Origin: an uncultured Francisella sp.
GTDB taxonomy: Bacteria > Pseudomonadota > Gammaproteobacteria > Thiomicrospirales > Thiomicrospiraceae
Assembly: GCA_964519885.1 (NCBI GenBank)
Contig: CAZFLX010000004.1
Location: forward strand, 8,106-72,105
DNA length: 64,000 nucleotides
Reading direction: 5' to 3'
The position numbers and the translations under genes are program-made. The notes under the pieces were generated by a model, which ran no database searches, was not told where the DNA came from, and was given only the letters and a program-made list of their open reading frames with translations. Positions 38,312-45,906 of this stretch are shown here, piece by piece (position 1 is the first letter of the stretch; the number at the start of each line of letters is the position of its first letter).

Positions 38312-39567
38312 GGCAGTTTATTCAGTTGGCCATTTTGAATGACGCGCCATAAAAGCTGACGACGCATTTGTCCTTGCTGATTGGTGAGTTTTCCAGATTG
38401 TGTTTCGACCGATACCGCTTGTGGGTTGGCTAACAACAGATAACTATCCCAACCGAGTGCTTCAAAAGGGCCATTAATGGCTGTTTGATTGACCAGGTAA
38501 GGCGGCGTTAGCACTAAGGTACCATTGAGTTCGGGTTCGTTAAAGCTTTCGGTGTTTTTGCTGGGTAACAAGCGGCTGGTCGCATAAATTGGCCAACTAA
38601 CCCGATAGTATTGCAGGCTGGGCATAATGGATCTCAGTTGTTTCGCATTGCCTAAAAAAAGGATGGCTTGAATGTCCTGTCTGGCTTGTAAGGTGGTTTC
38701 TGACAGGTCGGCGCGCAGTATTTGAGAGAGACGTTTAATTCTATCTTGACTCGATTCGATGCCACCCTGCTTTAACAGCCAAGGACGTAAGTCGGGATTG
38801 AGTCGCTCGACCGGAATGTTGATAAGTGGAATGCGTTTGGCTTGTGCATGTTGCGTGAGCGTGTTCAGTAGCCTTTGTTCGCTGGCATCGTTGGTGGTGA
38901 TAACCGCTATCTGCCCCTGATTGGGTTTAAAGTGTTCAATCAGCTGTTGTATTTCGTCCTCGGCAGGCAAGCCTAACTGTAATGCTGGGCTGGGTGCATC
39001 TAAACGATTGAGGAAAATCTGTTGTTCGCTGGCAAAGTTCTGCACGCTTTGAATGTCGCTTTTGGTGAGCGGACCAATAATCCAATCGGGATTGTAAGAC
39101 TTGGCTTTGTTGATCAGTGCTTCTCCGCTCAGGTCATCATGCAATACAATCAGTTGTAAATGCGGGTTGTGGGGCAACTGTTGATGTGCGGCACGAATCC
39201 CTTTTTCGATATCACGATTGACTTCTGCTAAACTGGGTCTGTCCGGCAGTAGCACCACCACTTTACGAAGCTGTTGTTGTGCTTGTTTAATCGCCTCAAT
39301 TGAGCTTGTTTGTGCGGGTAAAATACCTCCCAATGGAATAGGAGCGGGTGTGACGACCATAACGGGAGCTTTTTCCGGTCGGGTAGGCGGTTCAGAACTG
39401 ATATTTTTTTCATTGGCTGAACTTTCCGGTTTGGGCTCTAACGCAGTGGGTGAAACAACAGGTGCTTGAGCAGGCTTGGGTGCGGGTGCGCAACCAAATA
39501 AGAATAAGAGTGAACAGAGTGATGCCAGTTGAAGGCGAAAGTCGGTTGAGTGTAAAGGTTTCTGCAT
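38308..39567 (-). CDS. lpoA: penicillin-binding protein activator LpoA (LppC family), short form
   Basis: Start set at ATG 39567, giving lipobox LLFLFGC and avoiding overlap with rsmI. A P/A/E-rich linker is followed by a region colinear by eye with the E. coli LpoA C-domain (PIYATSR, ELNGTLVLTPPYL, GWDSYLLL). Confidence 0.7.
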   Translation of the reverse strand: MQKPLHSTDFRLQLASLCSLLFLFGCAPAPKPAQAPVVSPTALEPKPESSANEKNISSEPPTRPEKAPVMVVTPAPIPLGGILPAQTSSIEAIKQAQQQLRKVVVLLPDRPSLAEVNRDIEKGIRAAHQQLPHNPHLQLIVLHDDLSGEALINKAKSYNPDWIIGPLTKSDIQSVQNFASEQQIFLNRLDAPSPALQLGLPAEDEIQQLIEHFKPNQGQIAVITTNDASEQRLLNTLTQHAQAKRIPLINIPVERLNPDLRPWLLKQGGIESSQDRIKRLSQILRADLSETTLQARQDIQAILFLGNAKQLRSIMPSLQYYRVSWPIYATSRLLPSKNTESFNEPELNGTLVLTPPYLVNQTAINGPFEALGWDSYLLLANPQAVSVETQSGKLTNQQGQMRRQLLWRVIQNGQLNKLP

Positions 39568-39602
39568 GGTATTTTTCTGACAAATTAATAAGAGAGTCTT
39601 AA

Positions 39603-40475
39603 GTGCAACAAACAACATGGGTTTTGCCCGGACAATTATATATGGTAGCAACGCCAATTGGTAATTTAGCCGACATGGGCGCACGCGCTCAGGCGATTTT
39701 GTCACAGGTGGATGTGATTGCGGCTGAAGATACTCGTCATACAGGGCAGTTGCTGAGCGCTTTGGCTATTAGAAAGCCGATGATCAGTTTGCATGACCAT
39801 AATGAGCGTGCGCGTTCAGCAGAAGTGGTGTCACGCTTGCAAGCGGGTGAATCGGTGGCTTATGTGAGTGATGCAGGTACTCCCGCTATTTCTGATCCCG
39901 GTGCTTTGTTGGTGCAGGCGGTGGCTGAAGCAGGTATTGCTGTGGTTTCAGTACCTGGAGCGAGCGCGGTATTGACGGCGATTGCGGGTTCGGGGTTGGA
40001 TGCGCGAAACGGCTTTAGCTTTTTGGGTTTTTTACCAACCAGCAATAAAGCGAAACAACAATGGCAAGATGAGTTGGCACAGACAACGCGCCTGAGTGTC
40101 TTTTTTGAAGCGCCACATCGGATTATGGAAACACTGGCTTGGTTGGCAGAGGCGTTTCCACAACGCCAATTGGTATTAGCCAAAGAACTCACAAAATTGC
40201 ATGAACGTTTTGTGCGTGGAACGACTCAAGCCGTGTTGGCTGAGTTGCAAGCTAATGCGGATTGGCAGCGCGGGGAGTTCGTGTTGTTGTTGGATGTGGC
40301 TCCTGTGGTCGAGCAGGAGGATCCTTCTGTGTCGATGAGTTTAACTGAACTGCTGTATCCTTTGTTATCGGAATTGCCTTTGTCGCAAGCGGTGAAGTTG
40401 GTTTGTGGCATCACTGGATTGAAAAAGAAAGCGGTTTACGATTTGGCGTTGCAGTGGCAACAAAAAAATCAGTGA
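39603..40475 (+). CDS. rsmI: 16S rRNA (cytidine1402-2'-O)-methyltransferase
   Basis: GQLYMVATPIGNLADM and YVSDAGTPAISDPG. Divergent from lpoA, as in E. coli. Confidence 0.92.
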   Translation: MQQTTWVLPGQLYMVATPIGNLADMGARAQAILSQVDVIAAEDTRHTGQLLSALAIRKPMISLHDHNERARSAEVVSRLQAGESVAYVSDAGTPAISDPGALLVQAVAEAGIAVVSVPGASAVLTAIAGSGLDARNGFSFLGFLPTSNKAKQQWQDELAQTTRLSVFFEAPHRIMETLAWLAEAFPQRQLVLAKELTKLHERFVRGTTQAVLAELQANADWQRGEFVLLLDVAPVVEQEDPSVSMSLTELLYPLLSELPLSQAVKLVCGITGLKKKAVYDLALQWQQKNQ

Positions 40476-40504
40476 CTTTGTTGGTTTTGCCTGCTAGACT
40501 GCTT

Positions 40505-40868
40505 GCGAGTGGATTAAACAATCGCTGGCAGGTAACTGCTGGAGGAAAGTCCGGGCTCCATAGGGCAGGATGCTAGGTAACGCCTAGGCAGCGCGAGCTG
40601 ACGGAAAGTGCAACAGAGAGCTGAACCGCCGAAGTAACGCAAGTTACTGGTAAGGGTGAAAAGGTGCGGTAAGAGCGCACCGCAGGACTGGCAACAGGAC
40701 TGGCAGGGTAAACCCCATCCGGAGCAAGACCAAATAGGGGAACCATTCATGCTAGCATGAATAGAGATGGCCCATCTCGTTCCCGGGTAGGTTGCTACAG
40801 GTGTTGAGTGATCAACATCGCAGACGAATGATTGTTCACGACAGAACCCGGCTTATCGATCCACTCAA
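40505..40868 (+). ncRNA. rnpB: RNase P RNA, bacterial type A
   Basis: Universal blocks GGAGGAAAGTCCGGGCTCCATAGGGCA, AGGGTGAAAAGGTGCGGTAAGAGCGCACCG and ACAGAACCCGGCTTAT. P1 is GAGTGGAT/ATCCACTC and P2 is AACAATC/GATTGTT. End coordinates are accurate to within a few nt. Confidence 0.93.
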
Positions 40869-41179
40869 TTTATTTCCTCTATTTCCCCCATTTCTTTTCT
40901 TGTTATCCTCTGCAACATCACTTTTCTGGTGCTTTCTCTTAATGCAGGTTAAGGGGTTGTTTTGTTTTTGACAAATCTTAGCTTGTATGTTTTTTTTGTT
41001 TTAAACCACTACCTATTGTGTTTTTAGGCAATTCGTCTAAGTTATTCATTTTATTTATGAAACACAAAAAAAATTAAGGGTATTTTTTTTATCTATTTTC
41101 AGTTTAGCTAGGCTTTATAACTTATTGAATTTTAACTTTAATGATTGCGCTAAATTCAGTTTCAAGCCGTTTGCTTGCG

Positions 41180-41208
41180 TTGAGAAGTGGGTTTTGCGTT
41201 GGTAAAAT
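41180..41208 (+). promoter_or_regulatory. predicted sigma70 promoter of the dcw cluster (Pmra)
   Basis: TTGAGA (41180-85), a 17-nt spacer, then TAAAAT (41203-08), about 30 nt upstream of the mraZ start. Confidence 0.45.
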
Positions 41209-41243
41209 ATGGGTCAATGTGGTGAAAAGTGGGAATAAGTGGA
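41187..41243 (+). promoter_or_regulatory. phased GTGGN pentamer repeats; candidate MraZ operator
   Basis: GTGGG 41187, GTTGG 41198, ATGGG 41209, GTGGT 41219, GTGGG 41229 and GTGGA 41239. Spacings are 11, 11, 10, 10 and 10 nt, spanning the -10 box to the mraZ start codon. Confidence 0.45.
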
Positions 41244-41727
41244 AAAACAATCGTCCATTACCTTTCGCGGGTTACAAGCGGCGACCTTAGATGACAAAGG
41301 GCGCATGGCAGTACCCAAGCGATTCCGAGAAACCCTGCAACAAGTTTGTCAGGGCGAGGTGGTGTTGACGGTTGATATCCACGACGCTTGCTTACTATTG
41401 TACCCGATGGCTGATTGGCAGGCGATTGAAGCTAAGTTAATGGCAATGCCGAATATGGATCCAGCGACTCGTCGTGTGCAACGCTTGCTGTTAGGTCATG
41501 CGGTGGAAATGGACATGGATAACGCCGGGCGAATCTTAGTGCCTGATTTATTGCGTGACTATGCCCAGATGACCAAGGATGTGATGTTGGTTGGTCAGGG
41601 AAATAAAATTGAATTTTGGTCTGCTGAAACTTGGCAGACGCAGCGCCAAGCTTGGATTCAAGCAACACGTGATGAATTGGCGACTGAGTTGTCGGCCAAT
41701 AGTCCGTTAATGGGGTTGAGTTTGTAA
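41239..41727 (+). CDS. mraZ: transcriptional regulator MraZ
   Basis: GTG start. FRGLQAATLDDKGRMAVPKRFR and RRVQRLLLGHAVEMDMDNAGRILVP (two SpoVT/AbrB-like halves). Confidence 0.93.
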   Translation: MEKQSSITFRGLQAATLDDKGRMAVPKRFRETLQQVCQGEVVLTVDIHDACLLLYPMADWQAIEAKLMAMPNMDPATRRVQRLLLGHAVEMDMDNAGRILVPDLLRDYAQMTKDVMLVGQGNKIEFWSAETWQTQRQAWIQATRDELATELSANSPLMGLSL

Positions 41728-42632
41728 TGACGTCCGATGCTCATGCGCCCGTGCTATTTCAGGAGTGTTTGGATGCTTTGGCAATCAAGCCAGATGGCGT
41801 TTATATGGATGGGACTTTTGGTCGAGGCGGTCATAGTGCTGGCATCCTAGCTAGTTTGAGTAAACAAGGGCGGCTGTTGGCTTTTGATCAGGATGCGCAA
41901 GCGATTGCTTTTGGTCAAGCTAAGTTTGCCGGTGATGATCGTGTGCGTTTTGTGCATGCGAATTTTGCTGAGTTGGCGAGTCGTTTAAGCGAGCCAGTTG
42001 ACGGTATTTTGTTGGATTTGGGGGTTTCATCACCTCAACTAGATAATGCCGATCGAGGTTTTAGTTTTATGCAAAAAGGTCCGTTGGACATGCGCATGAA
42101 CACCACTGCGGGGCTAACACTAGCAGAGCGTTTGGCACAAACCAGTCTTGAAGAATTGACTTGGGTGCTGAAGACCTACGGCGAGGAGAAATTTGCGCGT
42201 CGCATTGCTACGGCTGTGTTAGCGGCACAGCAAGCAGGTGCTTTAACAGATACCTTGAGTTTGAGTGAGGTGATTGCTCAAGCGCAACCGGTGAAGGATA
42301 AATATAAACATCCGGCAACACGCAGTTTTCAAGCGTTGCGGATTTGGGTTAACGATGAGTTGGGCGTGTTGCAGCGGGTGTTGTCCGATGCGATTGATCA
42401 ACTCAAACCAGGTGGACGTTTAGCGGTAATTAGTTTTCATTCGTTAGAAGATCGCTTGGTAAAGCAGTTTTTTCGCGATCAGTCGCGTGGTCGTTACGAC
42501 GATGCCTTGCGACAGGTGGTGACAGAACCAAGGGTGAAGTCTTTAGGTAAGGTTTTTCCGAGCTTGGCAGAAACAGAGCAAAATCCACGTGCACGTAGTG
42601 CCATATTACGTGTGGTGGAACGGTTAATTTAA
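41727..42632 (+). CDS. rsmH: 16S rRNA (cytosine1402-N4)-methyltransferase
   Basis: HAPVLFQECLDAL, DGTFGRGGHS, LLDLGVSSPQLD and ISFHSLEDR. Confidence 0.95.
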   Translation: MTSDAHAPVLFQECLDALAIKPDGVYMDGTFGRGGHSAGILASLSKQGRLLAFDQDAQAIAFGQAKFAGDDRVRFVHANFAELASRLSEPVDGILLDLGVSSPQLDNADRGFSFMQKGPLDMRMNTTAGLTLAERLAQTSLEELTWVLKTYGEEKFARRIATAVLAAQQAGALTDTLSLSEVIAQAQPVKDKYKHPATRSFQALRIWVNDELGVLQRVLSDAIDQLKPGGRLAVISFHSLEDRLVKQFFRDQSRGRYDDALRQVVTEPRVKSLGKVFPSLAETEQNPRARSAILRVVERLI

Positions 42633-42666
42633 TGTAGTTGAACAGACAAAAACAGGGGTGGTTGTG

Positions 42667-43890
42667 ATGAAATTTGAACTCGAAGAAGCAGCTGTCAATA
42701 TGAATGGCATGCCGGTAATTAAAGTCATTGGTTTAGGCGGTGGCGGTTGTAACGCGCTTGACTATATGGTGCGTAGTCAAATTGTGGGTGTCGATTTCGT
42801 GGCAGCCAATACCGATGCTCAGGCATTAAATAAATCTAAAGCCAGTACACGCATTCAGTTGGGTAAGTCTGGCTTGGGTGCAGGTTCGAATGTTGAAAAA
42901 GGCAAGCAAGCGGCAACTGAAGACATTGACCGTGTGCGCAGTGCCTTAGACGGTACACATATGTTGTTCGTGACTGCGGGCATGGGCGGCGGTACGGGTA
43001 CTGGTTCTGCGCCAGTCGTTGCTAAGGCAGCGCGTGATATGGGTATTTTGACCGTTGGCGTGGTAACCAGTCCTTACAGCTTCGAAAAACGTGACAAAAT
43101 TGCTGCCGAAGGGATTGCTGATTTAGAGCAACACGTTGATTCATTGATTGTGATTCCGAACGAGAAGTTACACAAAGTAGCCGGTAAAAAATTAGGTATG
43201 TTAGATGCCTTTAATATGGCGAATAAGGTGCTACACAACGCAGTGCGTGGTGTTACCGAAGTGGTGACGCGTGAAGGCTTAATCAACGTTGACTTTGAAG
43301 ACGTGCGTACCATGATGGGTTTCCGTGGCTTAGCCATGATGGGTGTGGGTTCGGCAACCGGTGATGAGCGTGCGAAGAATGCGACCATGGCGGCTATTTC
43401 TAGTCCATTGTTAGAAGATATTAGCATTAATGGTGCGCGTGGTATTTTGGTCAACGTCGTCGCTTCGGATGACTTGGGTTCGGATGAGTTTGAAGAAGTG
43501 GGTCGCTTAATTGAAAGTTTTGCTCACCCAGAAGCGATGATTAAAATCGGTTTGGCGTTCGATGAAAATCTCGGTGATGAAGTGCAAGTCACCATTATTG
43601 CAACGGGATTAACTTCCTCAGCAGCTAAAGCGCAGCCAGTTGTTGAAACCGTTAAGCCGGTTGTTGCTGATGTTGCCCCAGTTGCAGAGCCAGCAGCGGC
43701 GCGTCCATCACGTTGGGCAACGCCTAACTTAACACCTTCTGCAACAGCACCTATGCCCAATATTCCAGGCTTGGTGGGTGGTAATATTGCCGGCTTGCGC
43801 CAAGGCGTACCTGGTGTGATTGGCGCCCCTCACAATGAAAGTCATGCCTACTTGAATATTCCCTCGTGGATTCGCAAGCAAGCCAACTAA
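42667..43890 (+). CDS. ftsZ: cell division protein FtsZ, in a non-canonical position within the dcw cluster
   Basis: Start set at ATG 42667 (AGGGG SD upstream). VIGLGGGGCNA, tubulin signature GMGGGTGTGSAPVVA, NVDFEDV, a P/A-rich linker and the C-terminal peptide YLNIPSWIRKQAN. Confidence 0.95.
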   Translation: MKFELEEAAVNMNGMPVIKVIGLGGGGCNALDYMVRSQIVGVDFVAANTDAQALNKSKASTRIQLGKSGLGAGSNVEKGKQAATEDIDRVRSALDGTHMLFVTAGMGGGTGTGSAPVVAKAARDMGILTVGVVTSPYSFEKRDKIAAEGIADLEQHVDSLIVIPNEKLHKVAGKKLGMLDAFNMANKVLHNAVRGVTEVVTREGLINVDFEDVRTMMGFRGLAMMGVGSATGDERAKNATMAAISSPLLEDISINGARGILVNVVASDDLGSDEFEEVGRLIESFAHPEAMIKIGLAFDENLGDEVQVTIIATGLTSSAAKAQPVVETVKPVVADVAPVAEPAAARPSRWATPNLTPSATAPMPNIPGLVGGNIAGLRQGVPGVIGAPHNESHAYLNIPSWIRKQAN

Positions 43891-43918
43891 TGGCTGGTTT
43901 GTTGAATTTACGCTTTAG

Positions 43919-44248
43919 ATGATGAAGAACGCCCCATTGCCCGGATTGTCAATTCTGTGGTCGTGGGGCGCTGTTGTCTGGATTTTATTGATTGTTTCAC
44001 TGATTGCTAGCGCGATTGCTGTGGTGTGGGTGAAGCATCAAGTCCGTTTAACCTCAACGCAGTTACATAAAAGTGTGAAGCAGGATTATGCCTTACGTGT
44101 GGAAGAAGGGCGTTTGCAACTCGAATACAATCATTTACTGTCTCGCACACGTATCGAACAGATAGCGCGCAATAAACTCGGTATGTCTCCCATTGGTCCC
44201 GCACAAGAGCGGGTGTTGTTGTTGCCGGAAGGATCTGTGCAGCCATGA
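43919..44248 (+). CDS. ftsL: cell division protein FtsL
   Basis: 109 aa, a single TM segment followed by a coiled coil (...LEYNHLLSRTRIEQIARNKLGM). Immediately precedes ftsI with a 4-nt overlap. Confidence 0.8.
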   Translation: MMKNAPLPGLSILWSWGAVVWILLIVSLIASAIAVVWVKHQVRLTSTQLHKSVKQDYALRVEEGRLQLEYNHLLSRTRIEQIARNKLGMSPIGPAQERVLLLPEGSVQP

Positions 44249-45903
44249 TGCGCGGAAGTCGTCGCGATAGCGTGATTTTTGGTTTGATTGTCCTGGCATT
44301 TTCTGCCTTGCTGTTTGGTGCTTGGCGGGTGATGATTGAGCAGTCTGCCTTTTTGCAACAAGAAGGGGATAAGCGTCAAATTCGTCATGTCACGCTACCT
44401 GCGGCACGGGGACCGATTTTAGATCGTCGTGGTGATGTGGTGGCGATGAGTACGCCGATGATTTCGGTGGCAATTGATCCGAAAACCCTAAAAGATCAAC
44501 CCGACTATCAAACCTCGCTTGCTTCGGCGCTGAAGATGCCGTTGGAAGTGGTGCAGGAAAAAATTGAAGCCAATGCGAATAAACGTTTTTATTACTTAAA
44601 ACGGGGATTGGCACCTCATGAAGCCCAACTGATTGAAGGTCTTCCGTTAGAAGGTGTGCACCTAGTGCCTGAGTTTAAGCGTTTTTATCCTTCGGGCGAG
44701 GTGATGTCTCATGTTATTGGCTTTACCAATATTGATGACAATGGCATCGAAGGTATTGAGCTAAGCTATAACGACTGGTTAAAAGGTAGTCCAGGAGTTC
44801 GTAAGGTTATTCGTGACAACCTTGGTCGTGTGATTGAAACGGTGGATGAAATTCGACCCGCCCATGAGGGCAAACCATTGAGCCTATCGATTGATCGTGA
44901 TTTACAGTTTTTTGCCTATCGAGCACTGAAAAGGGCGATGATTGAACATCAAGCCAAAGCAGCTGAGTTGGTGTTATTGGACGTGAAAACGGGTGAAATT
45001 TTGGCGATGGTGTCTCAGCCAGGTTTTAATCCGAATGACCGTTCACAAGTGACAGCCGCTCAAACACGTAATCGTGTGGTGACTGATGTGTTTGAGCCTG
45101 GTTCAACCATTAAACCTATTGTTATTGCGGGTGCTTTAGAATTAGGCAGTATTAAACCTGATGCGGTGATTGACACCGGCAATGGTAAATACAAATCGAA
45201 TGATAAGTTGGTGCGTGATCATCATGGTTATGGTCAGTTAGATTTAGCCGGCATTTTGCGTAAATCGAGTAACGTCGGCATGGTCAAAATTGTTGAAGGC
45301 ATGTCTCGTGAGGAGGTGTGGCGCTTTTTGCATTTCTCGGGTATCGGTCAGGAAACAGGAATTGTTTTCCCCGGTGAGCAGACCGGGCGTTTGCGAGATC
45401 CCCTGGAATGGTATCCGGTGACCAAAACCACTGCGGCATACGGCTATGGTTATAACGTGACGCTATTGCAGTTGGCGCGTGCCTATGCGGTTCTGGCGAA
45501 CGATGGTGTGCTTTTGCCTTCCACATTAATTAAATTAGAAGGTGCAGTGCCGCAGGGGAAACGTGTTTTTAAATCTGAACATGCACGTTTGTTGGTTCGG
45601 ATGATGGAAGAAGTAGTGGGTATGCAAGGCACAGGTCGAAAAGCGGCGATACCTGGTTATCGTGTTGCCGGTAAAACGGGGACGACTCGTAAAGCCAATA
45701 AAGGTTACGATTCTGATAAATATCGAGCTGTGTTCGTCGGCATTGCCCCTGCTACTGCACCCCGTTTTGTTTTGGCGGTGACAGTGGAAGAACCCAGTCG
45801 TGGTCAATATTATGGTGGTGAAGTGGCTGCCCCCATTTTCAAAGAAGTGATGGAAGAAACTCTGCGTTTGATGGCCATCGCTCCAGATGATGTGGCGAGA
45901 TAA
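44245..45903 (+). CDS. ftsI: peptidoglycan D,D-transpeptidase FtsI (PBP3)
   Basis: N-terminal TM segment plus the transpeptidase motifs STIKP, SSN and KTGT. Confidence 0.93.
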   Translation: MMRGSRRDSVIFGLIVLAFSALLFGAWRVMIEQSAFLQQEGDKRQIRHVTLPAARGPILDRRGDVVAMSTPMISVAIDPKTLKDQPDYQTSLASALKMPLEVVQEKIEANANKRFYYLKRGLAPHEAQLIEGLPLEGVHLVPEFKRFYPSGEVMSHVIGFTNIDDNGIEGIELSYNDWLKGSPGVRKVIRDNLGRVIETVDEIRPAHEGKPLSLSIDRDLQFFAYRALKRAMIEHQAKAAELVLLDVKTGEILAMVSQPGFNPNDRSQVTAAQTRNRVVTDVFEPGSTIKPIVIAGALELGSIKPDAVIDTGNGKYKSNDKLVRDHHGYGQLDLAGILRKSSNVGMVKIVEGMSREEVWRFLHFSGIGQETGIVFPGEQTGRLRDPLEWYPVTKTTAAYGYGYNVTLLQLARAYAVLANDGVLLPSTLIKLEGAVPQGKRVFKSEHARLLVRMMEEVVGMQGTGRKAAIPGYRVAGKTGTTRKANKGYDSDKYRAVFVGIAPATAPRFVLAVTVEEPSRGQYYGGEVAAPIFKEVMEETLRLMAIAPDDVAR

Positions 45904-45906
45904 CCG

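Noticed and set aside
39568-39705. Tracked 46-codon N-terminal extension of lpoA.
   Set aside because: It overlaps the divergent rsmI start region and lacks a signal sequence. ATG 39567 yields a proper lipoprotein signal peptide.
40514-40750. 78-aa minus-strand ORF.
   Set aside because: It lies entirely antisense within the RNase P RNA gene, whose conserved blocks explain the sequence.
42638-42645. The 8-mer TTGAACAG occurs at the rsmH-ftsZ junction (42638-42645) and again in the ftsA-lpxC spacer (57954-57961), and GTTGAA occurs at the ftsZ-ftsL junction. This could be a recombination scar of the ftsZ relocation.
   Set aside because: An 8-mer is expected by chance about twice in 64 kb counting both strands. 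I see no extended homology around either copy, so the evidence is too weak to call a scar.
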